NCBI GenBank assembly: GCA_963674965.2 | Contig: CAXXFL010000007.1 | Coordinates: 96,001-160,000, forward strand | Origin: a bacterium | GTDB taxonomy: Bacteria > RBG-13-61-14 > DATKZS01 | Reading direction: 5' to 3' | DNA: 64,000 nucleotides | Part shown: positions 9,445 to 18,535 of the stretch, piece by piece | Layout: every line of letters begins with the position of its first letter | Position numbering within the stretch: the stretch's first letter is position 1 | Translations under genes and position numbers: made by a program | The notes under the pieces: model-generated | Databases searched by the model: none | The model's input: the letters and a program-made list of their open reading frames with translations, nothing else | Told to the model about the DNA's origin: nothing

Positions 9445-10584
9445 TCAGGAGGCCTCGTCAGCCGCGGGCGGCGAGTAAAGGCCTAGATAAAGAAGGGCCG
9501 CGCAAAGCACGAAGGCCGGGATCGCGAAGAGCCAGGAAATCCAGCCTAAAGGAAGCAGAAACACCATGGGCCAGTGCAGGGCCATAAGGGTCCGGGGCGA
9601 GGTCCGGATCGGGTACTCCTCCGTCCTGGCCGCCAGCAGAATCCAGGTAAGGTTCCAGCCGAAAACGTTGGCCGCGCTGTGCAGGTTGATGATGTAGCCG
9701 GGCGTGTAAGAGTCGCCCGCGATAAGCCAGAGCACGACGACGTAGAGTAACCCGGAGATGGAACCGATGGTCAAAAAGGCGAGGGCCGAGGTCAGCATCC
9801 GTGCCCGGGCGTCACCGATCCCGCTCCTGAAATGGAGGTAAGCCGTGACCACCACCACCGAGAACAGGGATGAGGCCATCACGAACTGCACGGGCAGTAT
9901 CTCGAGGAGGATGAAGACGAAGAAAAAGATCACGCCCAGGTTGAGCGCCCAGAAGGCGAACTCGGACATGAGCCGGGAGGGCGGACGTTGTCCTTGTTCG
10001 ATCCGTTTGAACAGGGCGGAGAAGGTTATAAGGGAGATGGGAAAGGAGAAGCCCAGGTAGAAGACGTGAAGGTTCAGCTTCTTGAAATCCACGATATGAA
10101 GATACTCGTTGTTGATGAGGGAACCGGCGCAGATGAAAAGGCCCAGGGACAGGCATAAGATGGACGCCTGCTCGAACTTGACCGAGGCTTTTCGATCAAG
10201 AAAGAAGTCCCAGGGAAACCAGCCGAACCGCTTCCACCTGGCGCTCTCGGCCAGAAGTCCCAAAACAATGGCGCAGGCGATGCAAATGGACATGACGCCG
10301 AGAAAGGCCGCCAACGAGAAAATGACGGCGCCCACAAAGAAAGCCGACTCCTCGTCGCCCAGGTCCTTCTTGCCGGACAAGAGGGTGAGGATGAGCGTGC
10401 CGCCGCAGGTCAGGTTGAACAGGAAGATATGCACGCTCGTGAACGACGGCCCCGCCAAATGGTGGTCGTAAGAACGGAAAAAACCGAAGGTCACGGCCGC
10501 GGTGACGGTAATCAACAGAGCGGCCTTGATTTTGTTTCCCACCTCGTGTCCTTTCGCCCGGTTTATTGCCGCCCCTCGGGTCAT
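9445..10584 (-). CDS. Polytopic membrane protein of unknown function
   Basis: About 10-12 hydrophobic segments; start uncertain (a GTG at 10542 is possible). Confidence 0.75.
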   Translation of the reverse strand: MTRGAAINRAKGHEVGNKIKAALLITVTAAVTFGFFRSYDHHLAGPSFTSVHIFLFNLTCGGTLILTLLSGKKDLGDEESAFFVGAVIFSLAAFLGVMSICIACAIVLGLLAESARWKRFGWFPWDFFLDRKASVKFEQASILCLSLGLFICAGSLINNEYLHIVDFKKLNLHVFYLGFSFPISLITFSALFKRIEQGQRPPSRLMSEFAFWALNLGVIFFFVFILLEILPVQFVMASSLFSVVVVTAYLHFRSGIGDARARMLTSALAFLTIGSISGLLYVVVLWLIAGDSYTPGYIINLHSAANVFGWNLTWILLAARTEEYPIRTSPRTLMALHWPMVFLLPLGWISWLFAIPAFVLCAALLYLGLYSPPAADEAS

Positions 10585-10774
10585 CCTTCACTCGGAAAGA
10601 ATAACCGGAGCGTCGCGGCGACATCAAAGTCTATCACGGATGGATGGCGTTTTCATAAGAGGGCTTGACCGGGAGACGCTCGGGCATAATAATAAACGCT
10701 CCGGCAAAGTCGCGGCGCGTATTGAAGAGGCAATGACCAGACGCCCGACTGTCCGCCGGAGATGGAGGAACGAC

Positions 10775-12013
10775 ATGGCGGAAAAGAACAAGGCCGACGC
10801 CAACCTCATGCCCTTTGAGGAGGCCCTGGGCCGTGTGCTGGCGGGGATCGAGTGGACCCTGCCGACGGAAAAGGTCAAGGTCAAGGACGCGCTGGACCGG
10901 GTGATGAGGGAGTCCGCCAAGGCGGGCGTCAACATCCCTCCATTTAACAAGTCGGCCATGGACGGCTACGCGGTCAAGGCGGCCGACGTGGCGGGAGCGA
11001 GCGAGAAAACCCCCGTCCGACTCGAGGTGATGGACGAGATACCCGCGGGCCGCCGGCCGGAGAAGACGGTCAAGAAGGGACAGGCCGCCCGCATCATGAC
11101 CGGTGCCCCTCTTCCGAAGGGGGCCGACGCCGTGGTCATGGTAGAGTACACCGAGCGCGGCGGTCCCGGCGAGGTGCTTATCAAGATCGAGGTGGACAAG
11201 GGCAAGAACACCGGCAGGGTGGGGGAGGACGTGAAAAAGGGCGAGGTTGTCCTCGAGTCCGGCTCGGTTATCGGCCCGCCTCAAATGGGCATGCTGGCCG
11301 CCCTGGGGATGACCGAGATCAAGGTCTCGAGGCGGCCCAAGGTGGCGGTCATCAGCACGGGTGACGAGGTGACGACCCCGGGAAAGCCGCTGAGGCCGGG
11401 CTCGATCTACGACGCCAACGGCTACTCCCTCATCGGTCTGGCCAAGGGCCGGGGCTGTGACGCCCGGTTCCTGGGCAACGTCAAGGACCGGCCCGAGGCC
11501 CTGATGAAGAAGCTGGGCCAAGCCGAGTTCGCCGATATCGTGCTCATGACCGGCGGCGTGTCGGTGGGAGACTTCGACTTCGTCACCGGCCTTCTTCGCT
11601 CGGTAGGCATCCGGGAGCTTTTCTACAAGGCCTTTATCCAGCCGGGCAAGCCCACCTTTTGCGGCGCCAAGGATAAGAGGCTTTACTTTGGCCTTCCCGG
11701 CAACCCGGTCTCGGCCATGGTCTGTCACGAGCTGTACGTCAGACCCGCCCTGGACAAAATGCTGGGCAAGACGAATTGGGGCATGAAGCGGGGAAAGGCC
11801 GTGCTGGACGCGGACCTCAAAGTCCGGCCGGGACGGCGCAAGTTCATCCGGGCCTCGGTGGCCGGACGCGGACCGGACGTACGGGTCCGTCCCTATAAGA
11901 ACCAGAAGAGCGGCATCCTCTCGTCCATGATTGAGGCCGACCTTTTGATCGACGTGCCCGGCGCCACGTCCTTCCTCGAGTCCGAGACGGTGGTGGACGT
12001 GTGGTGGCTGTAG
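10775..12013 (+). CDS. moeA: Molybdopterin molybdenumtransferase
   Basis: [28 protein letters not shown] and [11 protein letters not shown] 10775 follows GGAGG. Confidence 0.95.
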   Translation: MAEKNKADANLMPFEEALGRVLAGIEWTLPTEKVKVKDALDRVMRESAKAGVNIPPFNKSAMDGYAVKAADVAGASEKTPVRLEVMDEIPAGRRPEKTVKKGQAARIMTGAPLPKGADAVVMVEYTERGGPGEVLIKIEVDKGKNTGRVGEDVKKGEVVLESGSVIGPPQMGMLAALGMTEIKVSRRPKVAVISTGDEVTTPGKPLRPGSIYDANGYSLIGLAKGRGCDARFLGNVKDRPEALMKKLGQAEFADIVLMTGGVSVGDFDFVTGLLRSVGIRELFYKAFIQPGKPTFCGAKDKRLYFGLPGNPVSAMVCHELYVRPALDKMLGKTNWGMKRGKAVLDADLKVRPGRRKFIRASVAGRGPDVRVRPYKNQKSGILSSMIEADLLIDVPGATSFLESETVVDVWWL

Positions 12014-12023
12014 GAGGAGAGCC

Positions 12024-12497
12024 TTGTCCAAACTAACGCACGTAACGGAGGACGGCGCGGCTTGCATGGTGGACGTGGGAGATAAGGAAGTGACCTCCCG
12101 CTTCGCCGCGGCCTCGGGCAAGGTCTTCATGAAGCCCGAGACCGCCGAGGCCATAAGGCAAGGCGCGCTCAAAAAGGGAGACGTCCTGGCCGTGGCCCGG
12201 GTGGCGGGGATCATGGCCGCCAAGAAAACTCCCGAGTTGATACCCCTGGCTCACCCGCTCCCGCTCTCGAGGGTCTCCGTTGACCTGGCGGTGGTGGAGG
12301 ACGGCGTCGAGATTCGGGCCGAGGCCTCGGTCCAGGCCAGGACCGGCGTCGAGATGGAGGCCATGGCCGCCGTGGCCGGAGCGGCGCTTACAATATACGA
12401 CATGGCCAAGGCCGTTGACCGGGGCATGACCATCGGCCGGATACGGCTCGAGGAAAAGTCCGGAGGAAGGTCCGGACATTGGAAGAGGGAGAAGTAA
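12024..12497 (+). CDS. moaC: Cyclic pyranopterin monophosphate synthase
   Basis: MVDV, KGDVL, LIPLAH, TGVEMEA, YDMAK and KSGG; TTG start after AGGAGG. Confidence 0.95.
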   Translation: MSKLTHVTEDGAACMVDVGDKEVTSRFAAASGKVFMKPETAEAIRQGALKKGDVLAVARVAGIMAAKKTPELIPLAHPLPLSRVSVDLAVVEDGVEIRAEASVQARTGVEMEAMAAVAGAALTIYDMAKAVDRGMTIGRIRLEEKSGGRSGHWKREK

Positions 12498-12498
12498 G

Positions 12499-12951
12499 TT
12501 GGAAAGAGAAGTAAACCCGGAGGCCCCTAAAAAGTTCATGCCCCTGACGCCGATCCTGGTCAAGGTATCGTGTCTGGCCTTTACCCTTGGCGCCGCGGCC
12601 CTGACGCTGTTTGGAGAAAAGACCCCGCCGGGGGGGAACATAATATGGGTCGCCCTGCTCATGGGCGTCATGCTCTACCTGTGCGTCTTCGTCATGGCCG
12701 CGGTTAAAGTAAAGGACGGCGAGATATTCGTTTTCCGTACCTATAAATGGGAGAAGCTGGACAAGTCCAGGATTGTAAAGATTTACCCCCGCCGCTCGAT
12801 GGTCATCATCGTCATGGACGAGGGCTTCAACAACGAGTATTACATCTCCCCCCGCCTGTCCAAGCTCATGGAGACGGCCGAGTATCTTAACGAGGTAGCG
12901 GGCCTGAAGATGGAAATCCCCGCCCTTTACCCGAATATATTCAAAAAATAA
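12499..12951 (+). CDS. Small membrane protein (2 TM plus soluble domain)
   Basis: Starts directly after the moaC stop, has host-like codon usage and two hydrophobic helices. Confidence 0.7.
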   Translation: MEREVNPEAPKKFMPLTPILVKVSCLAFTLGAAALTLFGEKTPPGGNIIWVALLMGVMLYLCVFVMAAVKVKDGEIFVFRTYKWEKLDKSRIVKIYPRRSMVIIVMDEGFNNEYYISPRLSKLMETAEYLNEVAGLKMEIPALYPNIFKK

Positions 12952-13059
12952 GAAAGGCGCCGCCGGGAATGCGCGGCTTCCGGCGGATGAACAACGCCTG
13001 GATCAATTAATCGAGCGCGGCAGTCGTCGGTTATCCGGACTCCAAGCGTGAACTTCACC

Positions 13060-13189
13060 CGGATGGCCCGGATAGCTTGCTATCTGGGCGCCAAAGGCGT
13101 GGGAAAGGGGGCGACGGTCCGCCGGGCGCGTACATTTAATTCCAACGGCTTGCGCCGCGCGGATAGGCGAGCTATCCGCGCCACCCGCG
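13060..13189 (+). repeat. ~130-bp REPIN/MITE-like element, copy A
   Basis: Near-identical to 14744-14876; hairpins CCCGGATAG..CTATCTGGG and GCGCGGATAG..CTATCCGCGC at the two ends. Confidence 0.9.
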
Positions 13190-13191
13190 TA

Positions 13192-14511
13192 TCAGTCCTG
13201 GGCGCAACGAAAACCCATGGCGTTGCCCCGCTCAGAAGGCGCGGCGGCGTCCCGTGCCGCGACGCGCAGGAAGCTCGCACCGTAGGGCCAAAGTCCGCCG
13301 CGCAAAACGCGAGACGTACCTGACGCGGGGCCGGGAGGATCGTTGGTTGGGCTTGAGCCGTAGTAATCGCTCTGATACCAGTCGTTGACCCATTCCCACA
13401 CGTTCCCCGCCATGTCGTAAAGCCCGTAGCCGTTGGCGGCGAAATACTCGACCTCGGAGGTGTCGTTGTCCCAGGGGTCTCCCGAGTTCCAGTAATTGGC
13501 GTCGGTTCCGCTAATCGAGTCTCCCGACGGATAGCGTTTGCCGGAAAGGCCTCCGCGGGCCGCATATTCCCACTCCGCCTCCGTGGGCAATCTCTTGCCC
13601 GCCCAGGAGCAGTAGGCCTCGGCCTGGCTCCAATTAACGTGGATAACGGGAAAGTCGTCATAAGCGGGATCGCCGTAATATGAAACGCGAGAATAGCTCT
13701 GAAAACTGCCGGGCGCGGCGCATCCGCCGCCGCTAACGCAAGCCGCGTACTCGGCGTTGGTCACCTGGTGAACGTCCATGTAGAAATCGGAGGTGATGCA
13801 CACGTTGTGAGCGGGGAGCTCATCGCCGTCTCCCTCGCTGAAGGCGTCTCCCATATTGAAGCAGCCGGAGGGGATAAGGGCCATGCCGGCAGTGCTGCCT
13901 CCTTGGCAGTCGGGATCAACGCCGTCAATGTCTCCATCGCAGTCGTTATCTAAACCATCGTCGCAGACTTCGGCGGCGCCTGGATTTATCGAGGCGTCGC
14001 CGTCATTGCAATCAGTCGTGGCGCTGGCCCCGTCAACAACTTTGGAGTAGCCATCTCCATCGTAATCGCTTTTATTGTAGAAGGCGGTCCACCATCCAGC
14101 GTCCACCTTCATGGCATAGGGCACGCTGACGATCCGGGCCCGGGGCGACATCTCCCCATCGCCGTCAACGTCAACGCCCATCCACACGTCCTGGTGGTTC
14201 TGGAACACGGCCCCAAGGTTGGGCTCGGTACCCGACGTTACCGTGCCCGACCCGATGAGCACGCTGTAAAGTCCACCGGTCACCACCACGTCCTCCTGGA
14301 GAACCGTGAGATAAGCGGTCCCGCCCGTCTCAACGCCATAAAACGCGAAGGTTAAATCCACGGTAGTCCCGTCCGCCAGCGGCTGGCCCGCCGCGTTCGT
14401 GAGCCGTCCCTGGTAATTGATAAGTTGCGGCGCGGACTGCGCCCAGCAAACTCCAACCACTACGGCCAATACTGAAATCCCAACCAACGCCATCCCGATC
14501 TTGGTCCTCAT
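13192..14511 (-). CDS. Secreted protein: N-terminal INYQGRL domain, MopE-like metal-binding motif, C-terminal FGE-sulfatase (CLec-fold) domain
   Basis: Signal peptide ending CWA-Q; DCND..INPGAAEVCDDGLDNDCDG; RLPTEAEWEYAARGG, GLYDMAGNVWEW and RVLRGG..GFRC. Confidence 0.9.
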   Translation of the reverse strand: MRTKIGMALVGISVLAVVVGVCWAQSAPQLINYQGRLTNAAGQPLADGTTVDLTFAFYGVETGGTAYLTVLQEDVVVTGGLYSVLIGSGTVTSGTEPNLGAVFQNHQDVWMGVDVDGDGEMSPRARIVSVPYAMKVDAGWWTAFYNKSDYDGDGYSKVVDGASATTDCNDGDASINPGAAEVCDDGLDNDCDGDIDGVDPDCQGGSTAGMALIPSGCFNMGDAFSEGDGDELPAHNVCITSDFYMDVHQVTNAEYAACVSGGGCAAPGSFQSYSRVSYYGDPAYDDFPVIHVNWSQAEAYCSWAGKRLPTEAEWEYAARGGLSGKRYPSGDSISGTDANYWNSGDPWDNDTSEVEYFAANGYGLYDMAGNVWEWVNDWYQSDYYGSSPTNDPPGPASGTSRVLRGGLWPYGASFLRVAARDAAAPSERGNAMGFRCAQD

Positions 14512-14571
14512 GACTTAATCCTCCTTCTTCGAGATTGGTAGACAATTCAAGCATCCGTTACCATGCGGTTT

Positions 14572-14600
14572 ATTACAATACCCTCCCCCTCGAATGTCAA
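14572..14600 (-). promoter_or_regulatory. sigma70-type promoter of the FGE-domain gene
   Basis: Minus strand TTGACA (14600-14595), 17-bp spacer, TGTAAT (14577-14572). Confidence 0.55.
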
Positions 14601-14743
14601 CCGATTATTGAGGATTTCTCTCCAATCTTTCAGCCAGGCCGCGGGCTGGGTATTGCTTTTCAAGGCCGGGCGCGGATCGGCCTCTCCATTTGAAAAGGGC
14701 GTTTTCATTATGATCGGCGCCGAGGCGCTCAGCTTGCGGCTTC

Positions 14744-14876
14744 GCAGAGTGGCCCGGATAGCTTCGTTATCTGGGCGCCGAAGGCGTGGGAAAGAGGGCG
14801 ACGGTCCGCCGGGCGCGTACATTTAATTCCAACGGCTTGCGCCGCGCGGATAGGCGAGCTATCCGCGCCACCCGCG
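14744..14876 (+). repeat. ~130-bp REPIN/MITE-like element, copy B (direct repeat of copy A)
   Basis: Differs from copy A at only a few positions. Confidence 0.9.
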
Positions 14877-14989
14877 GGGCTTCCTTCGGATTGAGTATTA
14901 CGACGGACGACCTCGCCACCCGCCAAGCGGTTTCCTATGGCGGGGCCGGAGAAGACTCGCCCCCCAAGCGACTTACCGGCCACGCCACG

Positions 14990-15018
14990 AAAAGGGCGCC
15001 CCCTGGGGAGCGCCCTTT
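14990..15018 (-). terminator. Intrinsic terminator of the SPFH cluster
   Basis: AAAGGGCGC..GCGCCCTTT hairpin about 20 nt downstream of the 15041 stop. Confidence 0.6.
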
Positions 15019-15040
15019 GTCGTCTTCATTTAATAGTATC

Positions 15041-16339
15041 TCAGTTGGCCTGTTCTCCGACTTGGCCGTCATGAACTCCGGGCGGAAGATGATCGGCCGA
15101 TTTGGTTTTGCCCGCCTCTTCCTTCAGGGCCTTGGCCGCACCGTAAGACTGGATCACGTCGTTGAGGTCGAGCATGTTGAAGGCGCCCTCACTGGGCACG
15201 ATAACGATCCTTTTGCCTTGAAGCGTCTCGGCGATGGCCAGGCCCACGTGCTTGTCCCCTCCCGGAGCGGAAAGGGCCTCGGTCTGGGCCGCGATGCCGT
15301 CGGCCATCATGTTGTACTTGACCCGCATGGCCTCGGCCTCGCTTTTCTTGGCCGCGAGCGCCGCGTCCGCCTCCTGTAGTATCCTCTGGGAATGGCCTCG
15401 GGCCAGCTCGATCATGGAGTCGGCGCCGCCTCGGGCCTGGTTGACCTTGGTCTCTTTTTCCTGCTTGGCCCGTTCTCCGTAGGCCACGTACTCCTCGCGC
15501 TCCTCCTCGGCTATGCGCTTTTTGCTGAGAATGTCCTCGTAGGCCGGGTGAGGCGTAACGGCGGGAGCGCCAAGAGAGACGATCTCGAGTCCGAACTCGT
15601 CCAGGATGTCGTTAAGCTCGTCGATCGCCCCGATGGACTCGGGCGAGTTGGTATCGGCGTCCTTGTCCCCTTTAATTTTCCTGGCCCTGTCGCTGGCGCG
15701 GAGGAGTTCCTCGGTGGTCAGCTCGCCGAGCCTGGTCCTCATTACTCCCCTCACCAGGGACTCGACCATGGACCTCAGCTCGTGGACGGTGGCCCCGTTT
15801 CCGTTCTTAACGCGGAAAAAGGTCGCCACCTTGTAGGCTTCATCCGGCATGACCTTGAAGGCCACCGTGACGTCCACCCAGGCGTCGTTCCCGTCCGCCG
15901 TCTTGACGCGGACGCTCTGCTCGGTCGTGGGCCTGTCGTGAATGACTATCTTGTAGGCGCTTTCCTGCTTGGTCTCCTGGGTCACGCTCTCGATGGCCTG
16001 GGCCACCTTTTGTTCCTGCTCCTGGCCCCCCGCGTCTCCGATGGTCCGCGTGGTCTCGACGGTCCGTCCGGCCTCGCGCAGGAGTTTTGCGGCTTCCTGC
16101 ATCATCTCGATCTTGATATCGTTCCGGGGAATTTTATAAATGGTGATCAGTTCGGGCACGCAAAGGTGGTACTTTCCGGATTCGAGGGTCTTTTGCTGCA
16201 CGCCGTTGATTCCGGGAATATTGATTACGCGCACTCCCAGATGGTCGGAATCGACGTATCCTTCCTTGTAGGAGAAATAGGCGAGCACGGCGGCCACTAT
16301 GGCGAGGAAAATAAAAAACGCGGTCAGTCTTGTTTTCAT
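15041..16339 (-). CDS. SPFH/band-7 domain protein (HflK/C-like, coiled-coil tail)
   Basis: N-terminal TM, VKTADGNDAWVDVTV core and an Ala/Glu-rich coiled coil. Confidence 0.8.
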   Translation of the reverse strand: MKTRLTAFFIFLAIVAAVLAYFSYKEGYVDSDHLGVRVINIPGINGVQQKTLESGKYHLCVPELITIYKIPRNDIKIEMMQEAAKLLREAGRTVETTRTIGDAGGQEQEQKVAQAIESVTQETKQESAYKIVIHDRPTTEQSVRVKTADGNDAWVDVTVAFKVMPDEAYKVATFFRVKNGNGATVHELRSMVESLVRGVMRTRLGELTTEELLRASDRARKIKGDKDADTNSPESIGAIDELNDILDEFGLEIVSLGAPAVTPHPAYEDILSKKRIAEEEREEYVAYGERAKQEKETKVNQARGGADSMIELARGHSQRILQEADAALAAKKSEAEAMRVKYNMMADGIAAQTEALSAPGGDKHVGLAIAETLQGKRIVIVPSEGAFNMLDLNDVIQSYGAAKALKEEAGKTKSADHLPPGVHDGQVGEQAN

Positions 16340-16351
16340 GAGAGGGGCCTC

Positions 16352-17563
16352 CTACTCGCCGCCGGCGGACCCGTAGGTCCGGGGCTGGATATTCTCGATC
16401 GCCTCGTCGAGCATGAGGGGATTGAATCCATCCTTGCCCCCGGCGGGCACCACGATAAGATCGATGCCCTCGAGGGCCTTGGCGTACTCGAGTCCCACGT
16501 AGGTCTTGCCGCCGACCCCGGCCAGGGCGCGGTTGATCTTTCCCTTGCCCTCCGCCTGGGCCTCGAGGATGAGCTTGTCTCCCTCGGCCTCCTTCTCGAC
16601 CATGTAACGGCTGGCCTCGGCCTCGATCTTGGTCGCCTCGGCCGTGCCCCGGGCCAGCTCCGCCTCTGCCGCCGCGTTGGCCTCGGCCACCAGCTTTTCC
16701 CAGTCGGCCTTGGCGTCGGCCGCCATCTTGACGGCCTCCTCCATCTTGACCTGCTCGTCGGCGATGACCTTGCTGATGATCGAGGCCTCGATCTCGTCCC
16801 CAAACTTAAAGTCCCAGATGAGTATCCGCTCGATCACCACGCCCTTGGGACGGAAGAAGTCCCGCATTGAGTCAAGGGCCTCCTCGGCCTGGCCCTTCCT
16901 GTCGAGAAGATAATCGTCCGTGGGATAAAGTTCCTTCAAGTAATGAGGATTTTCCTTCCTCATGCTTTTAATCTGCCTTCTCTTCTCTCCGCTCATCGAG
17001 TAGAACTGGTTGGCCGTCATGATCTTGCCCAGGGCCTTTTCAAGTTCCTGTTTTCCCACGATGGCGATACCGTTCGTCCTTATCAGGTCGTCGTTCGCGT
17101 AGTGCTTTTTCAACTGGGCGGCCATGGACCTCTCAACCCGGTAGAAGATGGTCACGAACACCTCGATCTCGTCCTGGTCCCTGGCGGTACGAATCTTGAG
17201 CGGCTCGGCGTCCGGGTCTGGCGCGTCGGGGAAACGGGGGGCCATCTCGAATTTCTGAAGACGGCAGTCGTACTTCTGGATATCGTGCAGCAAGGGGATT
17301 TTAATATTGCGTCCGGGCCTAAGTATCTTGGGCTCGCCCGCGCTTATCTTGAGGTATCTGACTCCCACTTCCCATGGTTTTATTTGCTGGGTGCAGGTCA
17401 CGTAAAAGAGGACGATGAAAACGACGAGCGCTAAAAGGACGCCCGCCATCAGTCCCCCGAAGCAACCGGGGCCCTCGCCGACGTCCTCCATCAGGCCGTC
17501 CTCGATTTCCCGGTCCAGGTCCTTTTCTTCCTTGACCTGGTCTTTGTCTTTGTCTTCCGCCAT
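16352..17563 (-). CDS. SPFH/band-7 domain protein
   Basis: TM followed by IKPWEVGVR..LRPG; IRT..VFVTIFYRV; AEAE-rich coiled coil. Confidence 0.8.
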   Translation of the reverse strand: MAEDKDKDQVKEEKDLDREIEDGLMEDVGEGPGCFGGLMAGVLLALVVFIVLFYVTCTQQIKPWEVGVRYLKISAGEPKILRPGRNIKIPLLHDIQKYDCRLQKFEMAPRFPDAPDPDAEPLKIRTARDQDEIEVFVTIFYRVERSMAAQLKKHYANDDLIRTNGIAIVGKQELEKALGKIMTANQFYSMSGEKRRQIKSMRKENPHYLKELYPTDDYLLDRKGQAEEALDSMRDFFRPKGVVIERILIWDFKFGDEIEASIISKVIADEQVKMEEAVKMAADAKADWEKLVAEANAAAEAELARGTAEATKIEAEASRYMVEKEAEGDKLILEAQAEGKGKINRALAGVGGKTYVGLEYAKALEGIDLIVVPAGGKDGFNPLMLDEAIENIQPRTYGSAGGE

Positions 17564-17605
17564 CGCGAATACTCCTTGTGGTCGGTTTATTCTTTTCTTT
17601 CCTTT

Positions 17606-18370
17606 TTACTTATTATACTTTTGCAGGAAAGGCTGTATCAGTTCGATCGGCAAAGGGAAAATGGTGGTCGAGTTGTTCTCGGCCGCTATCTCGTTGAGGG
17701 TCTGAAGGTACCTTAGCTGAAGGGCTATGGGCGACTTGGCGATCTCGTCGGCGGCCTCCCGCAGCTTGGTCGCCGCCTGGTATTCTCCCTCCGCGTGGAT
17801 TACCTTCGCCCGTCTCTCCCGCTCGGCCTCGGCCTGCTTGGCCATGGCGCGCTGCATCTCGGTGGGCAGGTCCACGTGCTTGATCTCGACCTGGGTGACC
17901 TTGATGCCCCACGGGTCGGTCTGGGCGTCGATGATTTCCTGAAGGTGGTCGTTGATCTTGTCGCGGTTGGTCAGGAGCTCGTCAAGGTCGGACTGGCCGA
18001 GCACGGCCCGAAGCGTGGTCTGGGCGAGCTGGCTGGTGGCGTAAAGATAGTTTTCAACCTGGATGACCGCCCTGTTGGGGTCGACCACCTGGAAGTAAAC
18101 AACGGCGTTGACCTTGAGGGTCACGTTGTCCGAGGTGATGACGTCCTGGGGAGGAACGTCCATGACCACCGTGCGGAGGCTGACCTTTTGTATCCGGTCG
18201 ACTATGGGTATCAAAATGATAAGACCCGGACCCTTGGCCTTGCCAAGCACGCGGCCCAGCCGGAATATGACGCCCCTTTCGTACTCGTTCATCACCTTGA
18301 CCATCATTACGAGTAAAACGAGAAAAAAGAAGCCCGCGATAAAAATCAGCGCCAATAATCCTTGTATCAT
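17606..18370 (-). CDS. Slipin/stomatin-family SPFH protein
   Basis: [40 protein letters not shown] and [10 protein letters not shown]. Confidence 0.95.
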   Translation of the reverse strand: MIQGLLALIFIAGFFFLVLLVMMVKVMNEYERGVIFRLGRVLGKAKGPGLIILIPIVDRIQKVSLRTVVMDVPPQDVITSDNVTLKVNAVVYFQVVDPNRAVIQVENYLYATSQLAQTTLRAVLGQSDLDELLTNRDKINDHLQEIIDAQTDPWGIKVTQVEIKHVDLPTEMQRAMAKQAEAERERRAKVIHAEGEYQAATKLREAADEIAKSPIALQLRYLQTLNEIAAENNSTTIFPLPIELIQPFLQKYNK

Positions 18371-18535
18371 TTCATACCCCTCCTTCTTGCCTGGTTCAAC
18401 GTAAATATAAAGATAGAGTCCTCAGCCGATTTTAGCCAAGCTATCTTATAACATTTACCTTGTCCAGATCAAATTTACTCGAAAAATAAAAGCCTTCATC
18501 GAGGCGCGTCCATAAGATTTTACAAGACCTTAGCC

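Noticed and set aside
13048-13323. Similar short ORFs at 13048, 14563/14786 and 48065-48448 sharing 'GLRRADRRAIRATR'
   Set aside because: They are translations of the 130-bp repeat, not a protein family
13192-14511. A complete DGR in this window
   Set aside because: No reverse transcriptase, Avd or template repeat seen; kept only as a possible remote target
13060-14876. Repeats as a CRISPR array or integron attC sites
   Set aside because: Units are ~130 bp and dispersed, with no spacer periodicity, no RYYYAAC/GTTRRRY ends, and no cas or intI gene
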